A stretch of DNA of 61,775 bases, the filler included. It is 5 parts of 5 records of this genome, joined end to end, with 100 filler letters (N's around TTAATTAATTAA, not from the genome) between each part and the next. Parts side by side here need not be neighbours in the genome. Positions count along the whole stretch, not along the records: positions 32,238 to 47,815 come from SRR31156797_1926; positions 47,916 to 55,940 come from SRR31156797_1934; 3 more parts are not named here. One strand, given 5' to 3'. The stretch's first letter is position 1. Every line of letters starts with the position of its first letter. Below the pieces are notes generated by a model that was not told where the DNA came from, did no database searches, and saw only the letters and a list, made by a program, of their open reading frames with translations. Below, piece by piece: positions 38,350 through 49,156 of the stretch. The position numbers and the translations under genes are program-made.

Positions 38350-38859
38350 ATGGCAAAAATTACTCTAATAACAGGAGGGCAACGTTCCGGGAAAAGCGCA
38401 TATGCGCAAAATGAAGCGCTAAAAAGAAGTCCAAAGCCTGTTTATTTAGCTACCTCAAGAATTTGGGATAAAGAGCACGAAAAACGCATTGAAAGGCATA
38501 AAGCAGATAGAGATAACAGATGGGAAAATATAGAAGAAGAGAAATACTTATCCAGGCATGATTTTAAAGGAAAAGTAGTTTTAATTGACTGTATTACTTT
38601 ATGGCTTACCAATTTTTACTTTGATAACAATAGTCATATTGAAAAGTCTTTAGATGAAGCCAAAGATGAATTTACAAAACTTGTAGAACAAGATGCTGAA
38701 TTTATTATTGTAACCAATGAAATTGGTCTTGGCGGTATGCCAGAAAATGAGATACAACGTAAATTCACTGATCTGCAAGGCTGGATGAATCAACACATTG
38801 CTCGACAAGCACAAGAAGTTATATTAATGGTTAGCGGAATCCCTTTGAAAGTAAAATAA
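38350..38859 (+). CDS. cobU: Adenosylcobinamide kinase/phosphate guanylyltransferase
   Basis: GGQRSGKS, RIERHK, DCITLW, VTNEIG. Confidence 0.96.
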   Translation: MAKITLITGGQRSGKSAYAQNEALKRSPKPVYLATSRIWDKEHEKRIERHKADRDNRWENIEEEKYLSRHDFKGKVVLIDCITLWLTNFYFDNNSHIEKSLDEAKDEFTKLVEQDAEFIIVTNEIGLGGMPENEIQRKFTDLQGWMNQHIARQAQEVILMVSGIPLKVK

Positions 38860-38880
38860 GTTTTCGAAATAAAACAGAAA

Positions 38881-38902
38881 GGGCAGGCTAAAAAGCCTGC
38901 CC
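38881..38902. terminator. Hairpin between the convergent cob and sus operons
   Basis: GGGCAGGCT-AAAA-AGCCTGCCC. Confidence 0.75.
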
Positions 38903-38969
38903 CCACTCACACAACTAAACCTTTAATCTATGTGTCCCACCACAGCTTAGTTGCTATTATTTATAACAT

Positions 38970-39770
38970 TTATTTTTTAGTTAAAACAAATACATTACTA
39001 CCCCATCCTCCTTGATCAACACTGATATCAAAAGACATATTATAGGTTCCATCGCAAGTGTTTAATTTACCTGTTCCACTATATTTAAAGTTTGTATAGC
39101 CCCATGCATCAGAAGCTAAAATTGTTTCTACTGCGGTTACTGAGTAATCATTCGGATCAATAATCATTTTTAAAGGACCTCCATCTTCAACTAAACCATC
39201 TAAAGCAGCCAAACCACTTACGTATACCACATAAGGATCTACTTCATCAACAGTAATAGTTATATCTCCATCAACTGCCCAATCATCACTCCAGCCATTA
39301 TATGCTCCTGAAGCTAAATCTGCATTATATCCACAAACAAGAGCTGGACTTACAACTTCTGTTGAGCGATAAAAGCTTCCATCATTAGGCGACTTCACTA
39401 CCACCTCAATACTGACTACTGTCCCTAATTCAATATCATTAACACTAACTCCTAAAGCCTCAGCAACACCTTTTAAACTTACTTCTACAGAAGCAGGAAA
39501 TGAAGCAATATCAATATATTTTACTCTTTCATATTGACCTTGTATTGAAACTTCAACGTAACCTTCCGAGGCTTCCGCATCAACATCAAAAGCAACAAAA
39601 GTATTATCCAAATCATTAGAATCAAAAGTAGCTGGGAATAAATTTGACACAGATGGAATTACAGCTCCTTTCTTTCCATAAGGAACAAGTACATCCTCCT
39701 CCTTATCAAAACAGCTAACAAGTAATGCAGGTAGAAGCATTACTATCATAAGCATTTTTATATTTTTCAT
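38970..39770 (-). CDS. SusCD-associated lipoprotein of unknown function
   Basis: Lipobox LVSC; directly downstream of susD. Confidence 0.7.
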   Translation of the reverse strand: MKNIKMLMIVMLLPALLVSCFDKEEDVLVPYGKKGAVIPSVSNLFPATFDSNDLDNTFVAFDVDAEASEGYVEVSIQGQYERVKYIDIASFPASVEVSLKGVAEALGVSVNDIELGTVVSIEVVVKSPNDGSFYRSTEVVSPALVCGYNADLASGAYNGWSDDWAVDGDITITVDEVDPYVVYVSGLAALDGLVEDGGPLKMIIDPNDYSVTAVETILASDAWGYTNFKYSGTGKLNTCDGTYNMSFDISVDQGGWGSNVFVLTKK

Positions 39771-39791
39771 ATTAATAATTTTTAAGATTAA

Positions 39792-41201
39792 CTATTTTGC
39801 CCACCAAACTTTATCATTAGAACCCTTTTCTGGCACCTTTGGATTTGATGATACCTCATCATTTGGATAAGGAAATCTTTCTGGAGGCAATGAAATTGAA
39901 TTATTCATAGAAGGAATACGAGTTCTTCTATAATCATTGTAAGCTTCTATAGGCTGAAATAACCAAAATGAAATATACTTTTGTGTAATTATATTTTCAA
40001 GGGTAAGGTTTCCTTCTCCTACAGAAACACTTGATTGTTCTATATAATCTTCAACATCACTTTCTGAAACTCCAGCTCTTATCAGACTAGCTTCTACTGC
40101 ATCTAAATATGCTGCATAAGCTAAAGCATCATTACTTTTCCTTAAATATGCCTCTGCCTCTATATACTTAACTTCGTCATAAGTAAATAATTCTTGTTCT
40201 GAAGTTGCTGTTAAATAAGTAGTACTTGCCCTCGAGTAAATATCACCTCCTTGATCAGTTAATGCACTTCCATTTGGCGCTGGACTATATTCCCCTCCAA
40301 CTTTACCAAACCACATGCTAATACGCGGATCACTTAATCCATCCATAATATTAAAAATTGTCGCACTAACTGCATGATGACTTCTATCATTTAGCTCTTG
40401 AAACCAAGGATTTTCACCCGTAGCAGAGTTTACGTATTTAGAAAATTTCATATCATCTGCTCCACTTGTAAAAGCATTTTCTACAGCACTAAGTGCATCA
40501 TCTGCGGATCCAATTGCATCAACATTGCTTAACCTATTATAAAATCTTGCTTTTAATCCATAAGCTGCTTTCTTCCATAGTCCAACATTACCTCCATATA
40601 TTAAGTCGGAAGTTCCAGGATTTCCTACAGATTCCTTATTCAGATCTTCAATTGCTGAATCCAATAATCCGATTATACTATCATAAACAGCTTGCTGAGT
40701 GTCAAATAACGGAGTACGATTTACATTTCCTTGTAGCGCCTCTTTCATCGGAATCTCTCCCCACAAATCCGTTAGAACACTGTAATTCATAGCACTTAAA
40801 ACTTTGGCTATACCTACATATGACCAATTCCCTGCTTCGGATCCCGTTGAAGCTTGATTAATAATTATCTTTAAGTCATTTAAGGAACTTGAATATGTAC
40901 TATTCCACACATTATTACCTATGCTAGAATTAATTCCTGTTCTTTTGTCCCCTTCCTCTAATTGTCCATGAACACCAGTTGTATGCTCAGCGAATACAGA
41001 TGAATACCAAGCAAGGTCTGTACCGTAAGTTTCAAATGCAGTAGAAAGAGTTGCTTGAGCCATCAGCAACTTTACAGGCACCTCTGTCGGACTATTAGGA
41101 TTTAATCCTATCTCATCCATTTTATCGTCTGAGCATGAAATAACAACAAAACTCAGATAAAGTATTGACAGAAAATATATTATTCTTCTCATAATTAACA
41201 T
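39792..41201 (-). CDS. SusD/RagB family nutrient-binding lipoprotein
   Basis: Lipobox VISC, TDLWGEIP, DLIYGG, QKYIS, RFPYP; start may be 41192. Confidence 0.93.
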   Translation of the reverse strand: MLIMRRIIYFLSILYLSFVVISCSDDKMDEIGLNPNSPTEVPVKLLMAQATLSTAFETYGTDLAWYSSVFAEHTTGVHGQLEEGDKRTGINSSIGNNVWNSTYSSSLNDLKIIINQASTGSEAGNWSYVGIAKVLSAMNYSVLTDLWGEIPMKEALQGNVNRTPLFDTQQAVYDSIIGLLDSAIEDLNKESVGNPGTSDLIYGGNVGLWKKAAYGLKARFYNRLSNVDAIGSADDALSAVENAFTSGADDMKFSKYVNSATGENPWFQELNDRSHHAVSATIFNIMDGLSDPRISMWFGKVGGEYSPAPNGSALTDQGGDIYSRASTTYLTATSEQELFTYDEVKYIEAEAYLRKSNDALAYAAYLDAVEASLIRAGVSESDVEDYIEQSSVSVGEGNLTLENIITQKYISFWLFQPIEAYNDYRRTRIPSMNNSISLPPERFPYPNDEVSSNPKVPEKGSNDKVWWAK

Positions 41202-41210
41202 AAATTAAAA

Positions 41211-44200
41211 TTAAAATTCTAAGATCAACTTACCTCCAAAACTACTAGTTTGTGGAAATGCTACATATTCCAGACCTTGACCATTCACAGCTCCTGTTGT
41301 ACTTGTTTCTGGATCAAAGTTAGGGTAGTTCGTCCACAAACCTAAATTCCTAGCAACAAAAGATACCGTTGCCTTTTTAACTAAATAATCTCCCAACCAT
41401 TTTTTAGGCAACATATATCCAACAGAGAGTTCTCTAAATCTAACAAAAGAGGTCTCCATCACATGAGCTTCATCTAAAGAACTTAATCTAGTATTCCAAT
41501 ATGTTTCTCCTCGAACAATTGCAATATCATTATCTCCTGTAATTACCAATTCACCACTATCGTCTAAATATCCTTTTGTACCTTCCAAAACAACTGGAGT
41601 AGTTCTATCTTCAGTTATATCAAGCATACCGTAAAGACGACCTAACCTATTATTTCCAGAATACATTTCACCTCCTTGCTTCCAATCAACTTGGGCAGTT
41701 ACCGTAACTCCATGTATTGTAATAGTATTTGTAAAACCTATTAAAAAATCAGGTTGTACATCTCCGATCTTTTTTGCATCAGATTCTGGAATTGGCATTC
41801 CATGATATGGACTTGATGGATCATCGAGCAAAACAACATTATTATTATCATCTCTTACATAACCAATACCATAAATAGATGGATAAGTTTGACCTGCTAA
41901 AGCTCTAATACTTGGAGAATCAAAACCTCCCAAATAAATATCTTGTACTCCTTCTGCTAAAGAAATCACTTCATTTTTATACTTTGTAAAGTTTGCAGCA
42001 ATATCCCATTGCAAATTAGATTTTTTTATCGGAGTTACTTGTAACATTAATTCATGTCCTGTACTTCTAAGTTTTCCAGCATTTCTAAGTTCAGCTTGAT
42101 AACCAGTTGAAGCAGCTAATGGAACACTAAATATTTGATCATCAACATCTGATTTAAAATATGTATAATCTAGCGTTACGCGATTATTAAGAAAATGAAA
42201 TTCACCACCTAACTCAATAGTTGTTGTGTTCTGTGGTTGCAGATCTACACTTCTCAGAGTAGAAGATTGCGAAAATCCATTAACTGAATTAAAAGGAAAC
42301 TCAATGCCATCACTTAAAAATCCACTACCAGCACCACCTTTAACATAAATATTAGTAATAGGATAGTTGCTTGGAGGAGCTTGACCTACTTGTGCATACC
42401 CAAAACGTAACTTACCAAAAGTCAAATACATCGGATCTATATCCAACAATTCAGTAAAGATGAAACTACCTCCTACAGAAGGATAAAAGAAGTCTCTATT
42501 ACCTTTCGCTAAATTTGAAACTCTATCAGTTCGGCCTGTCGCAGTTAAGTATACCATGGATTTGAATCCTATTGTTGCACTTCCATAAACTCCTGCAACC
42601 CTTCTCCTTGAAACATATTCAGAAGTTGTCTGAGTTGTAGTATTTGCCATATTATGATACCCTCCAATATCAAAACCAGTACCAATAACTGATAATTCTC
42701 TTGAATAAATATCATAAATTTCATTTCCGACTACACCAGTAACATCAAAGTCTCCAATCTTCTTATTATAAGATAAACTTAAGTTCGAATTAAATTGTCT
42801 TTGAGTATAAAGAAAATCAGTAATTTGACCTCCGCTTGGTGGAGATGTCCTTCCTCCTGTATTACCGGATCCTAATTCATATACTTCTTTTTGACTGTTT
42901 GAAATCTGATCTATCCCTAGTTGATATCTTAAATTTAAATCTTTAATAAGCTCATATTCTAGGTTTACATTACCTATTATTCGATCATTATCCTCTGTAA
43001 AGCTATTATTAGCAAGTGACCATCTTGGATTATCCATTGCTGACCTATAATGAATTTGCTCGAACATATTATCCTCCTTAGCATAAGGAGTACCCCATAA
43101 ATCATAACTTCTTGGAGCAAAATATGTTGTAAACAAAGGGTTAGATAGGTTACTACCACTAGGTAATTTGGTTACTGCCATTGTAGAAAACATAGCCGAA
43201 CCTCCAACTTTAAGTTTTTCAGATATTTTAAAATTGGCATTAACTTTTCCATTATAACGCTCCATTCCAGCTGGAGATATAACACCATCCTGATCTGTAT
43301 AACCAAAACTTACAGAATAATTTCCAATTTTTGTTCCCCTAGAAAAATTAATATTTGTAGTCAAAGTACCTCCTGTATCAAATAATGGGTCAACATTATT
43401 ATATACTTTTCCGTTTACAGTTTTTCCAACATTATTCACATATTCTCCTAAATCTTCAATCTTAGGTCCCCAAGACATAGATGTACCTTGACTAAAATTA
43501 CCATTATTTCCTTGAGCATATGTACTCTGAAGATTCGGTAACCTAGTAACAAAATCAGCGGTATATGAAGTTGAAACAGTTATAGTACCTTCATCTGCCT
43601 TTAGACCTTTTCCACTCTTTGTAGTTATTAAGACCACACCGTTACTTGCTCTTAACCCATATAATGCAGAAGCGGCAGGTCCTTTTAAAACATCTATAGA
43701 TTCAATATCCTCTGGGTCTATATCCAAAGAACGACTAGAAGCATCTGTACCACTAACACGATCTTGTGTAACTGCTTCTACAAAAATTGAGTTCGACTCT
43801 ATAGGCATACCATCAACAACAAATAAAGGTTGATTATTTCCAGATAGTGAGGTAGCTCCACGTATCGTCATATACGAGGAAGCCCCCGGCATACCAGAAG
43901 ATTGAGATACCGTAACCCCTGCGACCTTACCCTGAAGAGCATTAGTAATGTTAGGCTGAGAGGCATTTGTGATAATTTCTGATTCTACTTTTTGGGTTGC
44001 ATACGTCAATGCTTTCTTTTCTTTTCTTATACCCATAGCAGTTACTACAACTTCATCAATATCCTCAGTATCCGATTGCATAGTTACATTGATGGTAGAT
44101 TGCCCTGTAAAAGGAATTTCTTGCATCTGCATACCCACAAAGGTATACACTAAAGCCGTTGCATCTTCTGGTACGTTTAATTGATAAGAACCGTCCGGAC

Positions 44201-44363
44201 GAGATACAGTTCCGACGGTAGTGCCCTTAACAACAATAGATACTCCAGGAATCGCCTCACCAAGATTATCGACAACTTTTCCTGAAACAGCTTTTGTTTG
44301 GGCTGTCAAAGTCTCTAACCCTATAAATAGAATTAGTGACAGAAATAATGCTAATTTCCGCAT
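41211..44363 (-). CDS. SusC/RagA family TonB-dependent receptor
   Basis: EVVVTAMG, QPLFVVDG, IESIDVLKGPAASALYG, GVVLITTK, terminal Phe. Confidence 0.96.
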   Translation of the reverse strand: MRKLALFLSLILFIGLETLTAQTKAVSGKVVDNLGEAIPGVSIVVKGTTVGTVSRPDGSYQLNVPEDATALVYTFVGMQMQEIPFTGQSTINVTMQSDTEDIDEVVVTAMGIRKEKKALTYATQKVESEIITNASQPNITNALQGKVAGVTVSQSSGMPGASSYMTIRGATSLSGNNQPLFVVDGMPIESNSIFVEAVTQDRVSGTDASSRSLDIDPEDIESIDVLKGPAASALYGLRASNGVVLITTKSGKGLKADEGTITVSTSYTADFVTRLPNLQSTYAQGNNGNFSQGTSMSWGPKIEDLGEYVNNVGKTVNGKVYNNVDPLFDTGGTLTTNINFSRGTKIGNYSVSFGYTDQDGVISPAGMERYNGKVNANFKISEKLKVGGSAMFSTMAVTKLPSGSNLSNPLFTTYFAPRSYDLWGTPYAKEDNMFEQIHYRSAMDNPRWSLANNSFTEDNDRIIGNVNLEYELIKDLNLRYQLGIDQISNSQKEVYELGSGNTGGRTSPPSGGQITDFLYTQRQFNSNLSLSYNKKIGDFDVTGVVGNEIYDIYSRELSVIGTGFDIGGYHNMANTTTQTTSEYVSRRRVAGVYGSATIGFKSMVYLTATGRTDRVSNLAKGNRDFFYPSVGGSFIFTELLDIDPMYLTFGKLRFGYAQVGQAPPSNYPITNIYVKGGAGSGFLSDGIEFPFNSVNGFSQSSTLRSVDLQPQNTTTIELGGEFHFLNNRVTLDYTYFKSDVDDQIFSVPLAASTGYQAELRNAGKLRSTGHELMLQVTPIKKSNLQWDIAANFTKYKNEVISLAEGVQDIYLGGFDSPSIRALAGQTYPSIYGIGYVRDDNNNVVLLDDPSSPYHGMPIPESDAKKIGDVQPDFLIGFTNTITIHGVTVTAQVDWKQGGEMYSGNNRLGRLYGMLDITEDRTTPVVLEGTKGYLDDSGELVITGDNDIAIVRGETYWNTRLSSLDEAHVMETSFVRFRELSVGYMLPKKWLGDYLVKKATVSFVARNLGLWTNYPNFDPETSTTGAVNGQGLEYVAFPQTSSFGGKLILEF

Positions 44364-44653
44364 AAAACAAAAGGTTTAAATTAATAATTGTGTATTTAAA
44401 ATTTAAGACAATGCAATTGAGTTCGCAATAAGGTCTATTGCAAAAGATCATAGCTCTACCATAAGCAGATATATAAATACATACTTAACGATAGCTACAC
44501 GTATAGAGATTTAATCTCTATCTAAAAAGTTTGTTGAAATTTATTTTTGACTTCCATACGATTAAAGGTTTTTGTAATTAATTGGTAATATTTATGTGAG
44601 TTAACTTTATTTACAAAAGCGGGGGAACACTTATAATCTGTAAACAATGTTCG

Positions 44654-44661
44654 CAAATATA
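44654..44661 (-). promoter_or_regulatory. Bacteroidota -7 promoter element upstream of susC
   Basis: Minus strand TATATTTG matches TAnnTTTG. Confidence 0.5.
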
Positions 44662-45078
44662 TAATAATTTTAATATTATCTTAACAACTAAATTAGTTAA
44701 ACTACAAATTAGATTCTTTTATCTTTCAATTTGTATTAATCCATCTTTTCAAATCGAAATATATTTCGACAATTCTTCTTTCAGAACAATAACCTTTCTT
44801 GTTCTACAATGCAAACTTAAATATTTTTAATCTTTAAAACAAACACCCTTCATTTTTGAGGTGCATTTTTATTAAAATAAATAAATAATAAGGAATTACC
44901 CCTATTTTTAAAACACATACTCTTTTGTTTTTGTTTTTAACAATTCAAAAAAAGAGATTAAAAAAATGGAGCAAATTGCCACAACACTCTCAAATATACA
45001 TACAAAGCTTTCTATTTGCAAATTTATATGTCTTTTTGTTAATTTTTGTTAATATTTCATACTAATTAATACTTAACA

Positions 45079-45110
45079 AAAAAAGCCATCACGTAAGTGA
45101 TGGCTTTTTT
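45079..45110 (-). terminator. Intrinsic terminator after the decarboxylase beta gene
   Basis: AAAAAAGCCATCAC-GTAA-GTGATGGCTTTTTT. Confidence 0.85.
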
Positions 45111-45132
45111 AAAATTATTTAATTGTAAAATC

Positions 45133-46380
45133 TTACATTAAAAAGCTAAGCATAATACCTGCTGCTACAGCTGAACCAATTACACCAGATACATTTGGTG
45201 CCATAGCATGCATTAATAAGTGATTATTTGGATCTGTTTTTAATCCTTCATGCTGCACAACTCTCGCAGAATCAGGCACAGCAGAAACTCCAGCCGCTCC
45301 AATTAAAGGATTAATCTTATTATCCTTTTTAAGCATCACATTTAATAACCTTGCAAATAACAAACCTCCTGCGGTAGCAACCATAAACGATAAAGCACCT
45401 AAACCAAAAATCTTAAGCGAACTTACCGTCAGAAAGAAATCTGCTTGCGTAGAAGCACCAACTGTTACTCCAAGCAAAATGGTGATTATATTGATCATTG
45501 AATTACGAGCTGTATCTGCTAACCTTTCAGTAACTCCTGATTCTTTAAGTAAATTACCAAAGAATAACATACCCAATAAAGGTAATGCAGAAGGCGAAAT
45601 AAAGGTGGTCAGAATCATTCCTATTAAAGGAAATAGTATTTTTTCTGTTTTAGAAACTGCTCTAGGCGGTCTCATCTTTATAGCACGCTCTTTTTTAGGA
45701 ACAATTAATCGCATAATTGGCGGTTGAATTACCGGAACTAACGCCATATAAGAATAAGCTGCGATAGCAATAGCCCCCATTAACTCAGGCGCTAATTTTG
45801 AAGATAAGAAAATAGCTGTTGGCCCGTCTGCTCCACCAATAATACCAATAGCTCCAGCTTCCTGAGGAGTAAACCCTAACCAAGAAGCACCCAAAAAGGT
45901 AGCAAAAATCCCTATTTGAGCAGCAGCACCTAAAATCATTAATTTCGGATTTGATATTAAAGAAGAAAAGTCCGTCATTGCTCCTATACCAAGAAAAATC
46001 AGTGGCGGATAAACACCTTGTTGTACACCAAAATATAAGTAATTCAGCACTGATCCTTCTTCATACAGGCCAATTTTGTAGCCTTCTACAAACGGCACAT
46101 TTCCTAATAAAATACCAACACCAATAGGTATTAACAATAAGGGTTCATAATCATACTTTATAGCAAGAAATATAAAAAACAAACCAACCAAGATCATGAT
46201 AATATTACCAAACTCAACATTTGCAAATCCGGTAAAATTCCATAATGTTTGAAGGCCTTCTAAAGTCGCAGCTCCTGTTTGTGCGCCTCCTTCTACTGCA
46301 GCTGCAGCATCAGTACCAAATATCATTTGAATACCAAATACTACAGCAAACATCATCATTATTGTAACTAATTTCTTCAT
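45133..46380 (-). CDS. Na+-translocating decarboxylase beta subunit (MmdB/OadB)
   Basis: EPLLLIPIG, GAMTDF, IIGGADGPT, YSYMALVP, GVSAVP. Confidence 0.96.
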   Translation of the reverse strand: MKKLVTIMMMFAVVFGIQMIFGTDAAAAVEGGAQTGAATLEGLQTLWNFTGFANVEFGNIIMILVGLFFIFLAIKYDYEPLLLIPIGVGILLGNVPFVEGYKIGLYEEGSVLNYLYFGVQQGVYPPLIFLGIGAMTDFSSLISNPKLMILGAAAQIGIFATFLGASWLGFTPQEAGAIGIIGGADGPTAIFLSSKLAPELMGAIAIAAYSYMALVPVIQPPIMRLIVPKKERAIKMRPPRAVSKTEKILFPLIGMILTTFISPSALPLLGMLFFGNLLKESGVTERLADTARNSMINIITILLGVTVGASTQADFFLTVSSLKIFGLGALSFMVATAGGLLFARLLNVMLKKDNKINPLIGAAGVSAVPDSARVVQHEGLKTDPNNHLLMHAMAPNVSGVIGSAVAAGIMLSFLM

Positions 46381-46381
46381 A

Positions 46382-46807
46382 CTATTCAAATTCAATTAGA
46401 ATATCATTTTGAAGAACAGCATCACCAACAGCAACTTTTACATTCTTAACTACAGCATCTTTCTCGGCCAAAACATTGTTTTCCATTTTCATGGCTTCCA
46501 TTACAATAAGAACCTGACCTTTTTGAACTACATCTCCTGCAGCAACATCAATTTTAAATATATTTCCTGGAAGTGGTGCTTTTAAAGCTCCTGCCCCTGC
46601 ACCCTTTGTAGGAACGGCTCCTTCACCTGGTTTTCGTACTACTTCTTTACGAACCAACTTAGGTGTTTTACTACTTTTTTTAACTTCCTGATGAACCTCT
46701 ACTTCATAAGTAGTTCCATTCACCTCAATGGTAGCTACAGAATCTTCAAATTCCTTTAGCTCTACATTATAACGATTTCCTGCTACGGTAAATTCGAATT
46801 TTTTCAT
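46382..46807 (-). CDS. Biotin carboxyl carrier subunit (MmdC-like)
   Basis: EAMKMEN biotinylation motif. Confidence 0.95.
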   Translation of the reverse strand: MKKFEFTVAGNRYNVELKEFEDSVATIEVNGTTYEVEVHQEVKKSSKTPKLVRKEVVRKPGEGAVPTKGAGAGALKAPLPGNIFKIDVAAGDVVQKGQVLIVMEAMKMENNVLAEKDAVVKNVKVAVGDAVLQNDILIEFE

Positions 46808-46959
46808 GCGTATAAATTTTTCATTTGTTGCATGGAACTCACTTGAAAATATTAATATTCATCTTTATTAAAATGAAATATTAAACTTTTCTTGCTCGTT
46901 TCATTTGTCTATTTTTTAAGGTTTAGAACCACCGACTTTTTCTTAAATAAGACTGTGAT

Positions 46960-47307
46960 TTATTTTGGAAATCCCATATTGTTCATTCCATATACTTTTG
47001 AACTCCATGGAGAATAACGCCTTCTTACGTGCTTAATAGTAATAACATTACTTTCTTCGTCATGAGACTCATTAAAGTACATATACAATGCTGTTGCTAT
47101 AACTGCATTTGTTTCTCCTGAAATAGCTAATGGATCATCAACTATATTTTCTTTACCTTTTTCGCGACGAGGCTTTTTTGCACTTCTATTTATAATTTTT
47201 GGAATAGCTAAAAAGATGCCCACCAAAAAAAGTAAAGCTGCAAATACAATTACCCATCCTAAAAGTGTAATGGTCCAGGTTTCTGTGGTAACAACTAATA
47301 AATTCAT
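46960..47307 (-). CDS. OadG/MmdD family decarboxylase subunit
   Basis: Single N-terminal TM, AVIATAL, HDEES, YSPWSSK. ATG at 47307. Confidence 0.88.
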   Translation of the reverse strand: MNLLVVTTETWTITLLGWVIVFAALLFLVGIFLAIPKIINRSAKKPRREKGKENIVDDPLAISGETNAVIATALYMYFNESHDEESNVITIKHVRRRYSPWSSKVYGMNNMGFPK

Positions 47308-47392
47308 ATCTAATATTTTTATGATCTTTTCCTGTAATAAAACAAAGGGCAAATTCACAGATAATATGAATTTGCCTTTTAAGTTTTATGAA

Positions 47393-47815
47393 TTATAATG
47401 GAATATTACCATGTTTCTTTGGAGGTAAGCTTAGTTTTTTAGTTTGCAAGCTTTGTAAACCTCTTATAATTCTAAACCTTGAGTTTCTTGGCTCAATTAC
47501 ATCATCGATATATCCATAAGATGCAGCTTGGTATGGATTAGCAAATTTCTCTGTGTATTCTGCCTCCTTATCTGCAGCATATTTAGCTTTCTCTGCAGGA
47601 TCCTCAATTTTAGACATAGCTCTACCTTCCAGTACTTCGATAGCACCTTTAGCACCCATTACTGCAATTTCAGCTGAAGGCCATGCATAATTTAAATCAC
47701 CTCTAAGTTGCTTACAGCTCATTACATCATGTGCACCACCATACGACTTTCTTAAAGTAACTGTAATTTTAGGTACAGTTGCTTCACCGTAAGCAAACAT
47801 TAATTTTGCACCGTG
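47393..47815 (-). CDS. Acyl-CoA (methylmalonyl-CoA) carboxyltransferase subunit, 5'-truncated
   Basis: [35 protein letters not shown]. Confidence 0.95.
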   Translation of the reverse strand, partial: HGAKLMFAYGEATVPKITVTLRKSYGGAHDVMSCKQLRGDLNYAWPSAEIAVMGAKGAIEVLEGRAMSKIEDPAEKAKYAADKEAEYTEKFANPYQAASYGYIDDVIEPRNSRFRIIRGLQSLQTKKLSLPPKKHGNIPL

Positions 47816-47915
47816 NNNNNNNNNNNNNNNNNNNNNNNNNNNNNNNNNNNNNNNNNNNNTTAATTAATTAANNNNNNNNNNNNNNNNNNNNNNNNNNNNN
47901 NNNNNNNNNNNNNNN
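47816..47915. other. Artificial contig linker
   Basis: N44-TTAATTAATTAA-N44. Confidence 0.99.
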
Positions 47916-48010
47916 CCGCGAAGCATTGCGCTAAGAGCGCTAAGCTATTTGAATAATACTTAAACTTAGCGTACTCTGTGTATCTCTTTCTTAGCGTACT
48001 TTGCGTGAAA
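47916..48010. repeat. REP-like imperfect palindromic element
   Basis: GCGCTAAG twice, followed by the inverted CTTAGCGTACT twice. Confidence 0.55.
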
Positions 48011-48111
48011 TTTATTTATGCCGGGAATCCTTTGTTTCTCAAAAAAAATCGCTCCTCCCAGTACAGGAGAAACGATAAAAAGAAGAACACTTAACTTAAA
48101 TACACAATCTA

Positions 48112-48834
48112 TTATTCTTCACTGACTACTTCCTTTTTGGCTTTTCTGCGATTTTTAACCGTGTTGTTATTGGTTTCAATTATTTTATCTATCGTTAGGT
48201 ATATATCACCATATACCTGTGGTTGCACTTGATTCATAGCGGTCAGGTATACCAGTAACTGGTCGTTGATGATTTTAACCACCTCTTTTTTAATATCCGA
48301 AGCACTCTTTAACTGCGCTTCTATCGACGATTGTTTTTCATACTCCAGGCGTGTCTGTTCAAAATCGGTCTGTGCCGCCTGTAAACTTTCGCACATAGCC
48401 CCACAACCCGGAATCTGAGTCAATGCCGTCTGAATACTCCCCTCCTGAAAATCTCTTAACAAAGCATTAATCAAAGACGATTCTGATGCATACGTTTCAC
48501 TTGCAATACCTACCCCATAACGATCGAAAACCGCTTTTACTTTCATAGCTGCTTCTTGAATAACAGTGTCCGGATGTAGCACAAAACCCATCAATAAGTA
48601 ATGAATCCCTTTTACCAGGTTGTCTCTTACATCATCTTTTTCGGCCAATACCGATTCATACTTCGATCGCTTAATGGCATCGGATAATTGGGTATTCTGC
48701 TGCTCAAGGGCAGTAAACACACCACTTAAATAAGCATCTTCGCTTAGGTTGGCTTGTTGATAAGCTGAAATAATTCGGGCTGTTGTCGCATTAATTTCTG
48801 TAGTGCGACTGTAATAACCTAATTTGTTAATCAT
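48112..48834 (-). CDS. DUF6261-like helical protein
   Basis: 240 aa, predicted all-helical; LAEKDDVRD, VFDRYG, YASESSLINALL, IIETNN and a basic tail are typical of Bacteroidota DUF6261. Confidence 0.75.
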   Translation of the reverse strand: MINKLGYYSRTTEINATTARIISAYQQANLSEDAYLSGVFTALEQQNTQLSDAIKRSKYESVLAEKDDVRDNLVKGIHYLLMGFVLHPDTVIQEAAMKVKAVFDRYGVGIASETYASESSLINALLRDFQEGSIQTALTQIPGCGAMCESLQAAQTDFEQTRLEYEKQSSIEAQLKSASDIKKEVVKIINDQLLVYLTAMNQVQPQVYGDIYLTIDKIIETNNNTVKNRRKAKKEVVSEE

Positions 48835-48893
48835 GTTACTAATGTTTAAAGATTTATATTTGACCCTAAGGCCGTAGATTTCATAAGACTGGC

Positions 48894-49156
48894 TTTTACA
48901 GATGTAAAAACCTTGGTTTCAATTTAGATTCGTCTTTTACAGACATAAAATGCTCCCCCCGGAAAAATTGGCTCTTTTTACAAGTATAATTACCACCCCT
49001 TTTTATAAAACAGACTTTTTACGCGTGTAAAAAATAAAGCTTTATGAAGTTTGAGCATTTTACAGTCGTAATTTTGTCATCTGTTTTACGAAATGAGCTT
49101 TTTACGAGTGTAAAAGCATAAGCTTTTTTTAAAGCGAGCTTTTTACAAGCATAAAA
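48894..49156. repeat. Non-coding array of 7 palindromic TTTTAC-N4-RTAAWW motifs at 41-42 bp period
   Basis: Cores start at 48894, 48935, 48976, 49017, 49058, 49100 and 49141; intervening 25-26 nt differ. Confidence 0.9.

Noticed and set aside
48894-49156. Calling the 41-bp array a canonical CRISPR
   Set aside because: The conserved part is only ~16 nt and degenerate, the period is shorter than typical CRISPR units, and no cas genes are on the contig. Reported as an unclassified array instead.
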